Origin: a virus
Taxonomy: Duplodnaviria; Caudoviricetes
DNA length: 38,574 nucleotides
Virus record (IMG/VR): IMGVR_UViG_3300020432_000018
Location: 1-38,574 of that record
Strand: one strand, 5' to 3'
In this document: piece by piece, positions 15,783-24,853 of the stretch
How the letters are laid out: every line of letters begins with the position of its first letter
How positions within the stretch are numbered: position 1 is the first letter of the stretch
Program-made: the position numbers and the translations under genes
Notes under the pieces: generated by a model
What the model saw: only the letters and a program-made list of their open reading frames with translations
What the model was told of the DNA's origin: nothing
The model's database searches: none

Positions 15783-17375
15783 ATGGAATACTCAGCACAA
15801 GGCACAACCGCAGCAGGTAGGTATGAAGCACTTGTTAGTAGTAGATCTGTCTACGATAGAGAAGCAAAAGAATCTTCAAAGCTAACGATACCTAGCTTAA
15901 TACCAGAACAAACAACTGGCACAAGGGCAAGAATAAAAACACCCTTTCAAGCTACTGGTAGTCGTGGTGTAAATAGCTTGTCTAATAAATTATTAATGAC
16001 TTTGCTACCACCAAGCACAGCATTTTTTAAATTAGAAATAGATGCTCTTGAAATAAGAAAGCAAGGGCAAGAACAAATGCAGAGTGAAATAGATAAAGGA
16101 CTACGAACAATAGAAAATGCTTTGATGAATCAGATAGAAATATCTAATGACAGAGTTGCTATGTTTGAAGCTATCAAACATCTAGTCGTATCAGGTAATG
16201 TTTTGTTATATCTAACAGATGCAGGTCTTAAAGTTTATCCATTATCTAAGTTTGTTTGTAAGCGTGATGAAGTAGGTAACGTATTAGAAATATTAACTAA
16301 AGAAACAATACACCCACAAGCTTTACCTGCTGCTTTCTTAGAACAGATCAAGAAGAAAGAAAACTATGATGCTAAAACAATGACAGATGACCTTGATATA
16401 TATACACATATAAAAAGGATTAATGATGATGTCTTTTGGTTTCAAGAATGTAAAGGAGAAAAGATACCAAACACAGATGGTAGGTCAAGAGTAGATGTAA
16501 CACCTTGGCTACCTCTTAGATTTATTAGGGTTGATGGTGAAGATTATGGTAGAGGTTATGTTGAAGAATATAGAGGAGATTTAATTAGTCTTGAGTCTTT
16601 AATGCAAGCAATAATTGAAGGTGCTGCTGCAAGTGCAAAGACTTTATTTTTAGTTAATCCTAATGGTGTCACAAGGGCAGCGACTATAGCTAAAGCTCCC
16701 AATGGGGCAGTAAGAGAAGGTACAGCAGCAGATATTTCTGTCATGCAAGTCGGTAAAAGTGCAGACTTCTCTGTTGCTTTTAGTGCAATACAAAGAATAG
16801 AAGCAAGACTTGAGTTTGCTTTCTTGATGGCAAGATCAGTACAACGTGACGCAGAAAGAGTGACAGCAGCCGAGATAAACCTTATGGCACAAGAACTAGA
16901 GAATAGTCTCGGTGGTATTTATAGTATCTTGACTCAAGAGTTTCAACTACCGTATCTTAGAAGGCGTATGCACCTGTTAGTAAGGCAAGGCAAGGTTCCT
17001 AAGTTGCCTGATGAACTGGTCAAACCTAAGATAGTGACAGGACTTCAAGGACTTGGTAGGGGTAATGATAGAAACAAACTGATTGAGTTTATCAGTACTG
17101 TAGCTCAAGCTTTAGGACCAGATGTAATGAGACAGTACGTCAATGTAGATGAAGCGGTGAAACGTCTTGCTACCAGTATTGGTATAGATACTGCTAACCT
17201 AGTAAAAACACAAGATCAAATTCAAGCAGAACAAGAAGCTGCACAACAACAACAACTTATTCAAAGTCTTGGACCTGCTGCCTTGGGATCATCTTTAGTT
17301 GATCCTAAAAAACTAGCTGATGCAGCAGCACAGCAACAACAAATGGAGGATCCTAATGCCCAACAACAAGCCTAG
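15783..17375 (+). CDS. Portal / head-tail connector (T7 gp8-like)
   Basis: GEDYGRGYVEEYRGDL, QRDAERVTAAEI, GLQGLGRGND. Confidence 0.97.
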   Translation: MEYSAQGTTAAGRYEALVSSRSVYDREAKESSKLTIPSLIPEQTTGTRARIKTPFQATGSRGVNSLSNKLLMTLLPPSTAFFKLEIDALEIRKQGQEQMQSEIDKGLRTIENALMNQIEISNDRVAMFEAIKHLVVSGNVLLYLTDAGLKVYPLSKFVCKRDEVGNVLEILTKETIHPQALPAAFLEQIKKKENYDAKTMTDDLDIYTHIKRINDDVFWFQECKGEKIPNTDGRSRVDVTPWLPLRFIRVDGEDYGRGYVEEYRGDLISLESLMQAIIEGAAASAKTLFLVNPNGVTRAATIAKAPNGAVREGTAADISVMQVGKSADFSVAFSAIQRIEARLEFAFLMARSVQRDAERVTAAEINLMAQELENSLGGIYSILTQEFQLPYLRRRMHLLVRQGKVPKLPDELVKPKIVTGLQGLGRGNDRNKLIEFISTVAQALGPDVMRQYVNVDEAVKRLATSIGIDTANLVKTQDQIQAEQEAAQQQQLIQSLGPAALGSSLVDPKKLADAAAQQQQMEDPNAQQQA

Positions 17376-17511
17376 AAAAAGAAACGAAAACGGAAAGTTT
17401 GTTTCTGAAAAAGCTATCGTTAGCGAACTAGGTGTTAACGAAAAAAATCCAGTACCAGAAAAATCTGGTGATGTTGTTACTGGACATGGCAACACAATTC
17501 ACTATAGTTAA
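17356..17511 (+). CDS. Small hypothetical protein (51 aa)
   Basis: MPNNKPRKRNENGKFV...; fills the gap between portal and scaffold. ATG at 17356 preferred. Confidence 0.55.
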   Translation: MPNNKPRKRNENGKFVSEKAIVSELGVNEKNPVPEKSGDVVTGHGNTIHYS

Positions 17512-17523
17512 AAGAAAACCACT

Positions 17524-18324
17524 ATGACTTCATCACAAGTAAATGTTTCAGAGACACCGCCAATGTCTGCTAATGACTTGGAAGGTTTAAAAGATGAGAA
17601 TGGTTTATATGCTGGCAAGTTTAAAACTGTAGAGGATTTGGTAGGAAGCTACAAAGAACTCGAAGGTAAGCTTGGTGCTATAGATCAAACCAGAGAAGAA
17701 CCAGAAGGCGTAGCAGAAGAACAGACAGAAGAACAAGAAACAGAAACTAACGACTCTGACTTTAATGCAGAAGAATATTATGGAGATGGCCTTGCTTCTG
17801 TATTAGAAGAAGTAGGTATTGATCCACAAGATATATCAAATCGTTTTGCAGAAAATGATGAGATTAATGAAGATGACTACAGCAAGCTAAGTGAAGCTGG
17901 TTTCTCAAAACAAATTGTTGATACTTATTTAGATGGTCTTCGTAATGCTGGTATGGCAGGTGAAGTAGATGCACAAGGTATCAGAGACTCAGTAGGTGGA
18001 GATGAAAGCTATGGTCAAATGGTTTCTTGGGCGATAGAAAATTTACCTGCTGATGAAGTCCAAGCCTTTAACAAGTTAACGGATACAGGAGATGGACCTG
18101 CTATTAAGTTGGCTGTTCAAGGTATCTATTCACAATACAATAATGCTATGGGAGTTGAACCAAATCTTTACTCAGGTCGTGCTTCTACTGGTGGACCTAC
18201 ACCATTTAGATCTACAGCAGAAGTAGTAAATGCTATGTCTGATCCTCGTTGGGAGAAAGATGTATCTTATACAGAAAATGTTAAAGCACGTTTAGCAGGT
18301 TCTAACGTATTCGGCAATGGGTAA
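17524..18324 (+). CDS. Capsid scaffolding protein (T7 gp9-like)
   Basis: Acidic. GKFKTVEDLVGSYKELE, VGGDESYGQMVSWA, AMSDPRWEKD. Confidence 0.92.
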   Translation: MTSSQVNVSETPPMSANDLEGLKDENGLYAGKFKTVEDLVGSYKELEGKLGAIDQTREEPEGVAEEQTEEQETETNDSDFNAEEYYGDGLASVLEEVGIDPQDISNRFAENDEINEDDYSKLSEAGFSKQIVDTYLDGLRNAGMAGEVDAQGIRDSVGGDESYGQMVSWAIENLPADEVQAFNKLTDTGDGPAIKLAVQGIYSQYNNAMGVEPNLYSGRASTGGPTPFRSTAEVVNAMSDPRWEKDVSYTENVKARLAGSNVFGNG

Positions 18325-18502
18325 GTTATGTGCTAGAGGTAAAGCAGCAGCTAAACGTAAATTCAAGGTTTATCCGTCTGCTTACGCTAACGCTTATGCT
18401 GTTCGTGTTTGCAAAGGAAATATAAAAGGACCAGATGGTCAGAAGCGAACTGCATCTGGTTATTCAAAATCAAGAAGATCTTTACGCATTTCTAAAAAAT
18501 GA
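18317..18502 (+). CDS. Basic micro-protein 1
   Basis: 61 aa, K/R-rich, AKRKFKVYPSAYANAY motif. Confidence 0.75.
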   Translation: MGKLCARGKAAAKRKFKVYPSAYANAYAVRVCKGNIKGPDGQKRTASGYSKSRRSLRISKK

Positions 18503-18618
18503 AAAAACTAACAGACAAACAAAAAAAGAATCTTGATAAAACTGGTGATGGTAAACTCACTAAAGAAGATTTCTTATTAGTTCGTAGACTAAAGAAAAAG
18601 AAAAATGGCACAGCTTAG
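18499..18618 (+). CDS. Basic micro-protein 2 with a single EF-hand-like loop (39 aa; not in track)
   Basis: MKKLTDKQKKNLDKTGDGKLTKEDFLLVRRLKKKKNGTA, with an ATGA overlap upstream. Confidence 0.7.
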   Translation: MKKLTDKQKKNLDKTGDGKLTKEDFLLVRRLKKKKNGTA

Positions 18619-18757
18619 TCTAAGTCAGATAAGAACTTTGAAGAAACATTCAGAGCATCATTCTAAAAAACACATGGATATGATGAAGAAACTTATGCGT
18701 GAAGGTAAAACATTTAAAGCTGCACATACAGCAGCACAAAAAGAAGTAGGCAAATGA
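18605..18757 (+). CDS. Basic His/Met-rich micro-protein 3 (50 aa; not in track)
   Basis: MAQLSLSQIRTLKKHSEHHSKKHMDMMKKLMREGKTFKAAHTAAQKEVGK, with an ATGA overlap downstream. Confidence 0.7.
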   Translation: MAQLSLSQIRTLKKHSEHHSKKHMDMMKKLMREGKTFKAAHTAAQKEVGK

Positions 18758-19005
18758 GTTTAAAAAGATGGTTTAAAGAAAAGTGGGTAGACGTAAAAAC
18801 TGGCAAACCTTGTGGTCGTCAGAAAGGTGAGAGTCGTGGCTACCCTGCTTGCAGACCATCAAAAAGAGTTAGTAGTAAAACTCCAAAGACTACAAGTGAG
18901 ATGAGTAGTAAAGAGAAAGCTAGGTTTAAAAGAGAAAAGACAGGTGCAAAAAAGATCAGTTACCAACACAGAAGAAAAAAAAGAAATAGTTTAAAGATTG
19001 CGTAA
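18754..19005 (+). CDS. Basic micro-protein 4
   Basis: 83 aa, LKRWFKEKWVDV...CGR...YPACRP. Confidence 0.78.
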   Translation: MSLKRWFKEKWVDVKTGKPCGRQKGESRGYPACRPSKRVSSKTPKTTSEMSSKEKARFKREKTGAKKISYQHRRKKRNSLKIA

Positions 19006-19037
19006 AGGTGTTATATTTTAAGTAGCTTACATTTTTT

Positions 19038-19307
19038 ATGTCTAAGGGTGTATCAATGACTAAGAAGGATAAAGACCCCACAGGTGGTCTTACTGCTTCT
19101 GGTCGTAGAAAATACAACCGAGCAACAGGTGGAAACTTGCAAGCTCCTGTTACTAAAAAGACAGGTCTTTCTCCTAGACAAAAAGCAAGAAGAAAATCTT
19201 TTTGTGCAAGAATGTCAAAGGTAAAAGGACCATTAAAAAAAGATGGCAAGCTAACTCGCAAAGCTCTTGCACTACGCAAGTGGAATTGTGGGTCTGTAAA
19301 AACTTAA
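19038..19307 (+). CDS. Basic micro-protein 5
   Basis: 89 aa, KDPTGGLTASGR...RRKSFCARM...LRKWNC. Confidence 0.78.
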   Translation: MSKGVSMTKKDKDPTGGLTASGRRKYNRATGGNLQAPVTKKTGLSPRQKARRKSFCARMSKVKGPLKKDGKLTRKALALRKWNCGSVKT

Positions 19308-19325
19308 CAAAGTAGAAATCTAAAT

Positions 19326-19390
19326 ATCCTTGTGCCTGATGCGTCAGATACCACTTGAGAGAAAGGATTGAAACGAAGTTAGTTACTCAA
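19326..19390 (+). promoter_or_regulatory. Structured 5' leader of the capsid gene
   Basis: Nested ATCCTT/AAGGAT, GTG/CAC and CTGA-TGCG-TCAG. RBS AAGGAG lies just upstream of the ATG at 19421. Confidence 0.45.
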
Positions 19391-19420
19391 ATTTGTAAAC
19401 ATTAATCAAGGAGTTTTCCT

Positions 19421-20407
19421 ATGGCTAACGCCACAGTATCTCGTCTTGGTTTGGTTAATAACACTGGTACAGGCTTTGACGCACTTTTTCTGAAAATTTT
19501 TTCAGGAGAGGTTCTAACAAGTTTTGCTAGGAATAACATTTTTAACGAGCAACTTCATTCAGTTCGTACTATCACAAGTGGTAAGTCAGCACAGTTTCCA
19601 GTTCTTGGAACTGCTACTGCTGCATATCACACAGTGGGCGAACCTTTGGTAGGAGCTAACCAAATCAAGGCAAATGAAAAGATTATCAACATTGATGATC
19701 TTCTAATTGCACAGAGTTTTATCGCAAACATTGATGAACTCAAGAATCATTATGACGTAAGAGCTACTTACGCTGATGAACTAGGTAAGGCACTTGCTCG
19801 TACCTATGACCAGAACGTAGCCAAGCAGATTGCAAACGCTTCCAGAGCTTCTACTACTATTAGTGGTGGTAATGGTGGTGTTGAATTAACACTTGCTACT
19901 GGTAATACAGCTTCATCAGATGTTACTGGTGATGAGATAGCAGGTGCTATCTATGACATTGCACAGACATTTGACGAGCGTGACATTCCTCCTACAGATA
20001 GATTCTGTGTATTGCCTCCAGCCGAATACTATAAATTGGCTGAGTCTGCTACAAGAACTGTAGACGTTGACTTTAACCCACAGGGTAATGGTTCGTTTGC
20101 TTCTGGTAAGGTACAACAAGTTGCTGGCATCCCAATAATGATGTCAAACAACGTACCTCAAACAAACGTATCTTCTAACCCAAGTGGAGCTAACAACACC
20201 TACTCTGGTGACGATAGTAAAACTATTGGTCTTGTCTTCCACAAATCGGCTGTCGGTACAGTTAAGTTGATGGACATGACAACTGAAATCTCTGGTTCAG
20301 ATTATGGCATAATGTATCAAGGAACCTTAATGGTTGCTAAGTATGCGTTAGGACATGGCATCTTAAGACCAGAATGTGCAGCTACTATTAAGCTATCTGC
20401 TTCTTAA
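19421..20407 (+). CDS. Major capsid protein (T7 gp10-like)
   Basis: ALFLKIFSGEVLTSF, RTITSGKSAQFPVLG, KYALGHGILRPECA. Confidence 0.98.
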   Translation: MANATVSRLGLVNNTGTGFDALFLKIFSGEVLTSFARNNIFNEQLHSVRTITSGKSAQFPVLGTATAAYHTVGEPLVGANQIKANEKIINIDDLLIAQSFIANIDELKNHYDVRATYADELGKALARTYDQNVAKQIANASRASTTISGGNGGVELTLATGNTASSDVTGDEIAGAIYDIAQTFDERDIPPTDRFCVLPPAEYYKLAESATRTVDVDFNPQGNGSFASGKVQQVAGIPIMMSNNVPQTNVSSNPSGANNTYSGDDSKTIGLVFHKSAVGTVKLMDMTTEISGSDYGIMYQGTLMVAKYALGHGILRPECAATIKLSAS

Positions 20408-20418
20408 TTTCAATTTAT

Positions 20419-20449
20419 AGGGTATCTTATTATTAGATACCCTTTTTTT
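20419..20449 (+). terminator. Intrinsic terminator after capsid (Tphi equivalent)
   Basis: AGGGTATCT-7 nt-AGATACCCT followed by a T run. Confidence 0.9.
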
Positions 20450-20455
20450 ATACCC

Positions 20456-20527
20456 ATGTATTCATCTAAAAAGAAAAAAAAGAAAGGTGGGAGAGACTCA
20501 CTTAAGATCAAAAAGAAAGGTTACTAA
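20456..20527 (+). CDS. Lys-rich 23-aa peptide (not in track)
   Basis: MYSSKKKKKKGGRDSLKIKKKGY; stops 2 nt before tail tube A and shares the RxSLKI motif. Confidence 0.5.
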   Translation: MYSSKKKKKKGGRDSLKIKKKGY

Positions 20528-20529
20528 TA

Positions 20530-21138
20530 ATGGCTATAGCTGCAACTACTGAACTTGAAGCGATCAACATAATGCTTGCTGCTATAGGAGAAGCACCTAT
20601 AAACACTCTTGTAGGTACACTTCCTGTTGATGCTCGGATTGCTCAATCAACCTTATCTGAAGTAAATAAAAGTGTACAGTCAGAAGGTTGGTCTTTCAAT
20701 ACAGAAATTGATGTAACTTTTACAAGAGATAGTTCTAATCAAATTAGTTTACCTACAGATATTCTTAGTATTGACGCTAATATTCATCATCATCCAACCA
20801 TTGACCCTATACAACGTGGTTTAAAATTATATGACAGACAAAATAATAAGTTTGAATTTGACGAGGACTTGATTTGTACTGTTGTTTATTTTAGAAATTT
20901 TGATGAAATACCAGAACCAGCCAGACATTACATAAATATACAGGCTGCAAGAAAATTTGTTGATAGGCTTGTAAGCGATCAAGCACTAAGAACTTACACA
21001 CAACAAGACGAGACTAGAGCTAGAGCGATACTTATGGAAACAGACTTAGCAAATGGAGATCATAATATATTAAGAGGAGATCCTTCTCTTACTAGTATCT
21101 TTGATACTTACAATCCTTCTAGTGCTTTAATTAGATAA
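20530..21138 (+). CDS. Tail tubular protein A / adaptor (T7 gp11-like)
   Basis: TELEAINIMLAAIGEAP, QSEGWSFNTE. Confidence 0.95.
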   Translation: MAIAATTELEAINIMLAAIGEAPINTLVGTLPVDARIAQSTLSEVNKSVQSEGWSFNTEIDVTFTRDSSNQISLPTDILSIDANIHHHPTIDPIQRGLKLYDRQNNKFEFDEDLICTVVYFRNFDEIPEPARHYINIQAARKFVDRLVSDQALRTYTQQDETRARAILMETDLANGDHNILRGDPSLTSIFDTYNPSSALIR

Positions 21139-21140
21139 CT

Positions 21141-23858
21141 ATGGGTGTTATATCAAGAGCTATACCTACATTATTGAGAGGTATATCACAATCTTCTGAT
21201 GCTTTGAAGCAACCAGATCATGCTGAAATACAAGACAATGCTGATAGCAACCCCGTTCTTGGTCTTACAAAGAGATCTGGCTCTCAATTTTTATCTACAA
21301 TTAGTAGTTCTACTCTTGGTAATGTCCATATACAAACTATAAACAGAGATGTTAATGAAGAGTATGTAGCAATATTCAGTAATGGTGATGTAAAAGTTTA
21401 TGAACTGGATGGAACAGAAAAGACAGTAAACAAACCTGATGGAACAGCATATTTAAATACATCAAACCCTAGAAGTGTAATAAAAACAGTAACTATTGCT
21501 GATTTTACTTTTGTTGTTAATACAAGTATTACACCAGTAATGGATTCAGCATTATCAAATAGTGCTAGTAATATAACTCAAGCAATAGTATTTATAACTC
21601 AAGCAACAGCAGATACAACTTATTCAGTCACCGTAGATGGCGTGACAGTTTCAGATAATACTGCTGGTAATAATCCCTTATCAACTGATACTGTTGCTGC
21701 TGATATAGCCAGTGGTTTAAACGCTGGACTTACAGGTTTCACAATTGTTAGAAATGGTCCTGTTATTCATATTAAAAAAAATGATGGTAGTAATTTCTCA
21801 ATAGATGGTACTGATACACAAGGTAATACCAAGATGACAATTATTAAAGATACGGTACAGCAGTTTACAGATCTTCCAAATGTGTCACCTAATGGATATG
21901 TAGTAGAAATTATTGGTGATGAAGGTACAAACTTTGATAATTATTACGTTAAATTTGTAACTAACAATGGAAATGCTTTTGAAGAAGGGCAATGGCAAGA
22001 AACAGTAGAAGCTGGCATACCTTTTAAATTTAATTACGCAACAATGCCACACGTTCTTATACGTCAAGCTAATGGTGAATTTACATTTTCACAAGTTAAT
22101 GGTGCTACCTCTCTTCTTACCCTTAACACTGGAACATATAGTCAATTAGGGAATGTAGTTACTATCAATATAAATAATCATGGTTTACAAACTAATGATA
22201 AAGTTGAACTAACATTTGCTACTGATGGATCACAAGGTGCAGGGTGGATTGCTTCTGATGGAATAACGCAAGGTGTTCAATATACAGTTTCTTATGTTAA
22301 TGCAAACTCTTTTACCATATCCAGAACAGAACATAATAGTGTCCCCATTTCAAATTCTAATGTAACTGACAGTGGATCAAGTAATATTGTATTTAGACAA
22401 ATTCTACCTAAATGGGGTGAACGTGTAGTTGGTGATGTTGTATCTGCACCAGACCCTTCTTTTATTGGTCAAAAAATAAACAACGTATTTTTCTTTAGAA
22501 ACAGACTTGGATTTCTTGCAGGTGATAATGTCATTCTTTCTACAGTATCAGAGTTTTTTAATTTCTTTCCAGAAACAGTTATATCAGTTTTAGATACTGA
22601 GCCTATAGATGTAGCTGCATCTCATACAAAAGTTGCAATACTAAAACACGCAGTAACTATGGGAGAAAAACTTATATTATTTTCTGAACAAACACAATTT
22701 GTATTGTCAAGTTCAGCAGATAATTTAACGCCTTCAACAGCTAACGTACTTGTACAAACTGAGTTTGAAAGTAATACAGCAGCGCAACCTGTAGGCTCTG
22801 GTTCTTCTATTTATTTTTTAACTAAAAAAGGTACTTTTGCAGGTATTAGAGAATATATCCTCACAGGTAACCAACAAATCCAAGATGCTGCAAATACAAC
22901 TATTCATGTACCAAGACTGATACCAAGTGGCATTTTTAAAATGGCAGTATCAAATAATCAAGATATTCTTGTTTTGCTTGGTACAGAAAATCCAAACAAG
23001 TTATATGTAAACAGATGGTTATATGGTGAAGGTTTTAGTAAAGCTTTAAATGCTTGGTTTACTTATACATTAAACAGCAATAGATCTATTTTAAATATTG
23101 ATTTTATTGGTACTGATTTGATAATGGTTATAGAAGAAGCTAATGGTGTTACCCTTGAAAAAATACCATTTGAAACAGGTTTTACAGAATCTAATGCAGA
23201 GTTTGAATATCACTTAGATCATAAAGTAACCGAATCAACTAACGGTGTATCTGTTGCTTACAACTCTAGTACTGACATTACAACATTTACTGTGCCATAT
23301 AGAGTTAGAAGCAATATGAATATTGTTGGTCGATACCTTGCCAGTAATGAAACAAGCACTTTTATTGATACTCAAGGTAATACGCAAACACTTAAAGCTG
23401 GACAAGTTTTAAAGACTACTAACCTTGTAGATGGATCTACTTCAACTATTACAGCAGCAGGTGACTTTACAAATAGTAAATTTATTATTGGTGAACCTTA
23501 TGAAATGCATTATAGATTTAGCAAACAAAGACTAACAGGACCAAATGCAAATGAATTTATAAGTGGTCGATTACAAATACATCATTTTTATATTAAGTAT
23601 GAAGATTCTGGTTTTTTCCAAGTAGAAGTAACACCTGAGAACAGAGACACATCTCTACATAAATTTACTGGACGTTTGCTTGGTGCTGCTTCTGCTTCTG
23701 TTGGTCTAATTAATTTAGATACAGGAACTTTTAAAGTGCCAGTAATGAGCAAATCAGATAGAGTAGATATAGATATAAAAAACAATACATTCTTACCTAC
23801 ATTATTAGCTAGTGCAGAATATGAAGGAGTATTTCACATGAGGAGTAGAAGAATTTAA
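21141..23858 (+). CDS. Tail tubular protein B / nozzle (T7 gp12-like)
   Basis: GISQ...GLTKR, TIADFTFVVN, PSFIGQKINNVFFFRNRLGFL. Confidence 0.95.
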   Translation: MGVISRAIPTLLRGISQSSDALKQPDHAEIQDNADSNPVLGLTKRSGSQFLSTISSSTLGNVHIQTINRDVNEEYVAIFSNGDVKVYELDGTEKTVNKPDGTAYLNTSNPRSVIKTVTIADFTFVVNTSITPVMDSALSNSASNITQAIVFITQATADTTYSVTVDGVTVSDNTAGNNPLSTDTVAADIASGLNAGLTGFTIVRNGPVIHIKKNDGSNFSIDGTDTQGNTKMTIIKDTVQQFTDLPNVSPNGYVVEIIGDEGTNFDNYYVKFVTNNGNAFEEGQWQETVEAGIPFKFNYATMPHVLIRQANGEFTFSQVNGATSLLTLNTGTYSQLGNVVTININNHGLQTNDKVELTFATDGSQGAGWIASDGITQGVQYTVSYVNANSFTISRTEHNSVPISNSNVTDSGSSNIVFRQILPKWGERVVGDVVSAPDPSFIGQKINNVFFFRNRLGFLAGDNVILSTVSEFFNFFPETVISVLDTEPIDVAASHTKVAILKHAVTMGEKLILFSEQTQFVLSSSADNLTPSTANVLVQTEFESNTAAQPVGSGSSIYFLTKKGTFAGIREYILTGNQQIQDAANTTIHVPRLIPSGIFKMAVSNNQDILVLLGTENPNKLYVNRWLYGEGFSKALNAWFTYTLNSNRSILNIDFIGTDLIMVIEEANGVTLEKIPFETGFTESNAEFEYHLDHKVTESTNGVSVAYNSSTDITTFTVPYRVRSNMNIVGRYLASNETSTFIDTQGNTQTLKAGQVLKTTNLVDGSTSTITAAGDFTNSKFIIGEPYEMHYRFSKQRLTGPNANEFISGRLQIHHFYIKYEDSGFFQVEVTPENRDTSLHKFTGRLLGAASASVGLINLDTGTFKVPVMSKSDRVDIDIKNNTFLPTLLASAEYEGVFHMRSRRI

Positions 23859-24310
23859 TGGGATATTTAAGAAAATCAAAACTTTCAGATCTTAATTATG
23901 TATGTCAAAACATGAGGCAAATGGATCGACTAGAAGGTTTATACCAAACAGGGAAAGATGCTGAAGATGCTTTACGTTTATGTTATTTATTTGGTGACAA
24001 AGTTTTAACAATAGCTGGTGACAAAGATCAACCTATGGGTTTATGTGGAGTAATAAAAGATGGCTGTATATGGATGATTTGTACTGACGAATTGTTTTCT
24101 AATAAAAAATATAAAATACAACTAATAAGAAAAGGTAGAAAATGGGTAGACAGTTTGTTGAAATCTTATAAAGTCCTATATAATTTTGTATATGCAGAGA
24201 ATCATACTGCTATAAAGTGGTTAGAAGCTCTCGGTTTTGTTTTTATAAATTATCACGAAAAGTATGGTCAACATGAAAAACCATTTTATGAATTTCTGAG
24301 GATCGCCTAA
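23858..24310 (+). CDS. gp13-like protein (GNAT-fold, internal virion protein A family)
   Basis: LYNFVYAENHTAIKWLEALGF motif; synteny. Confidence 0.85.
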   Translation: MGYLRKSKLSDLNYVCQNMRQMDRLEGLYQTGKDAEDALRLCYLFGDKVLTIAGDKDQPMGLCGVIKDGCIWMICTDELFSNKKYKIQLIRKGRKWVDSLLKSYKVLYNFVYAENHTAIKWLEALGFVFINYHEKYGQHEKPFYEFLRIA

Positions 24311-24850
24311 ATGTGTTCTGTACCAGCAGCTATTAGTGGAGGTTTAGGTCTTTTTCAAGGGCTTGCTATGCGTAGTGCTGCAAAGCAAAGAGCAAGAGCT
24401 ACATTTGAAGCAGAAAAACAAGGTGTTGCTTCGGCAGAAGACAATAAAAGAAATAAACAATTAGCTTTAGCTGAACAAAGTCAAGCAAAAAAAGCACAAG
24501 AATCACAAAATGTATTTGCTAAAAATATAGAAAACTTACAAGCAACAGCAACTTTATTATCAACAGGAAAAGTTGGTAATACTATAAATTTACTAGTTAT
24601 GGATCAAGCAAGAAAAGCAGGTAATTATAGAGAATCTGTAAGACAAACATTAGAATCATTTGCTAGACAGTATGATAGAAACATACAATCTACAGAATCA
24701 GAATATCAAAACATCAGAAACAGATTAAGTGCTAATACTATAGAAGCATATAGTAAAGTACCTTCAGTAGGTGAAGCTCTTTTAGGTGGTGTAACAAGTG
24801 GCTTTAATACCGAACTTGGTATGGAAGACAACATATTTAATCGTGCCTAA
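24311..24850 (+). CDS. Internal virion protein B (T7 gp14-like)
   Basis: MC start, hydrophobic N-terminus, Ala/Gln-rich helix; synteny. Confidence 0.8.
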   Translation: MCSVPAAISGGLGLFQGLAMRSAAKQRARATFEAEKQGVASAEDNKRNKQLALAEQSQAKKAQESQNVFAKNIENLQATATLLSTGKVGNTINLLVMDQARKAGNYRESVRQTLESFARQYDRNIQSTESEYQNIRNRLSANTIEAYSKVPSVGEALLGGVTSGFNTELGMEDNIFNRA

Positions 24851-24853
24851 ATT

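Noticed and set aside
17493-17511. Second phage promoter (TTCACTATAG) upstream of the scaffold gene
   Set aside because: Only the CACTATAG core matches 6038-6059; the upstream specificity region and purine-rich start differ, so it is not called.
20370-20450. T7 gp10A/10B-type capsid frameshift
   Set aside because: No clear slippery heptamer or extended alternative frame, and a terminator follows immediately.
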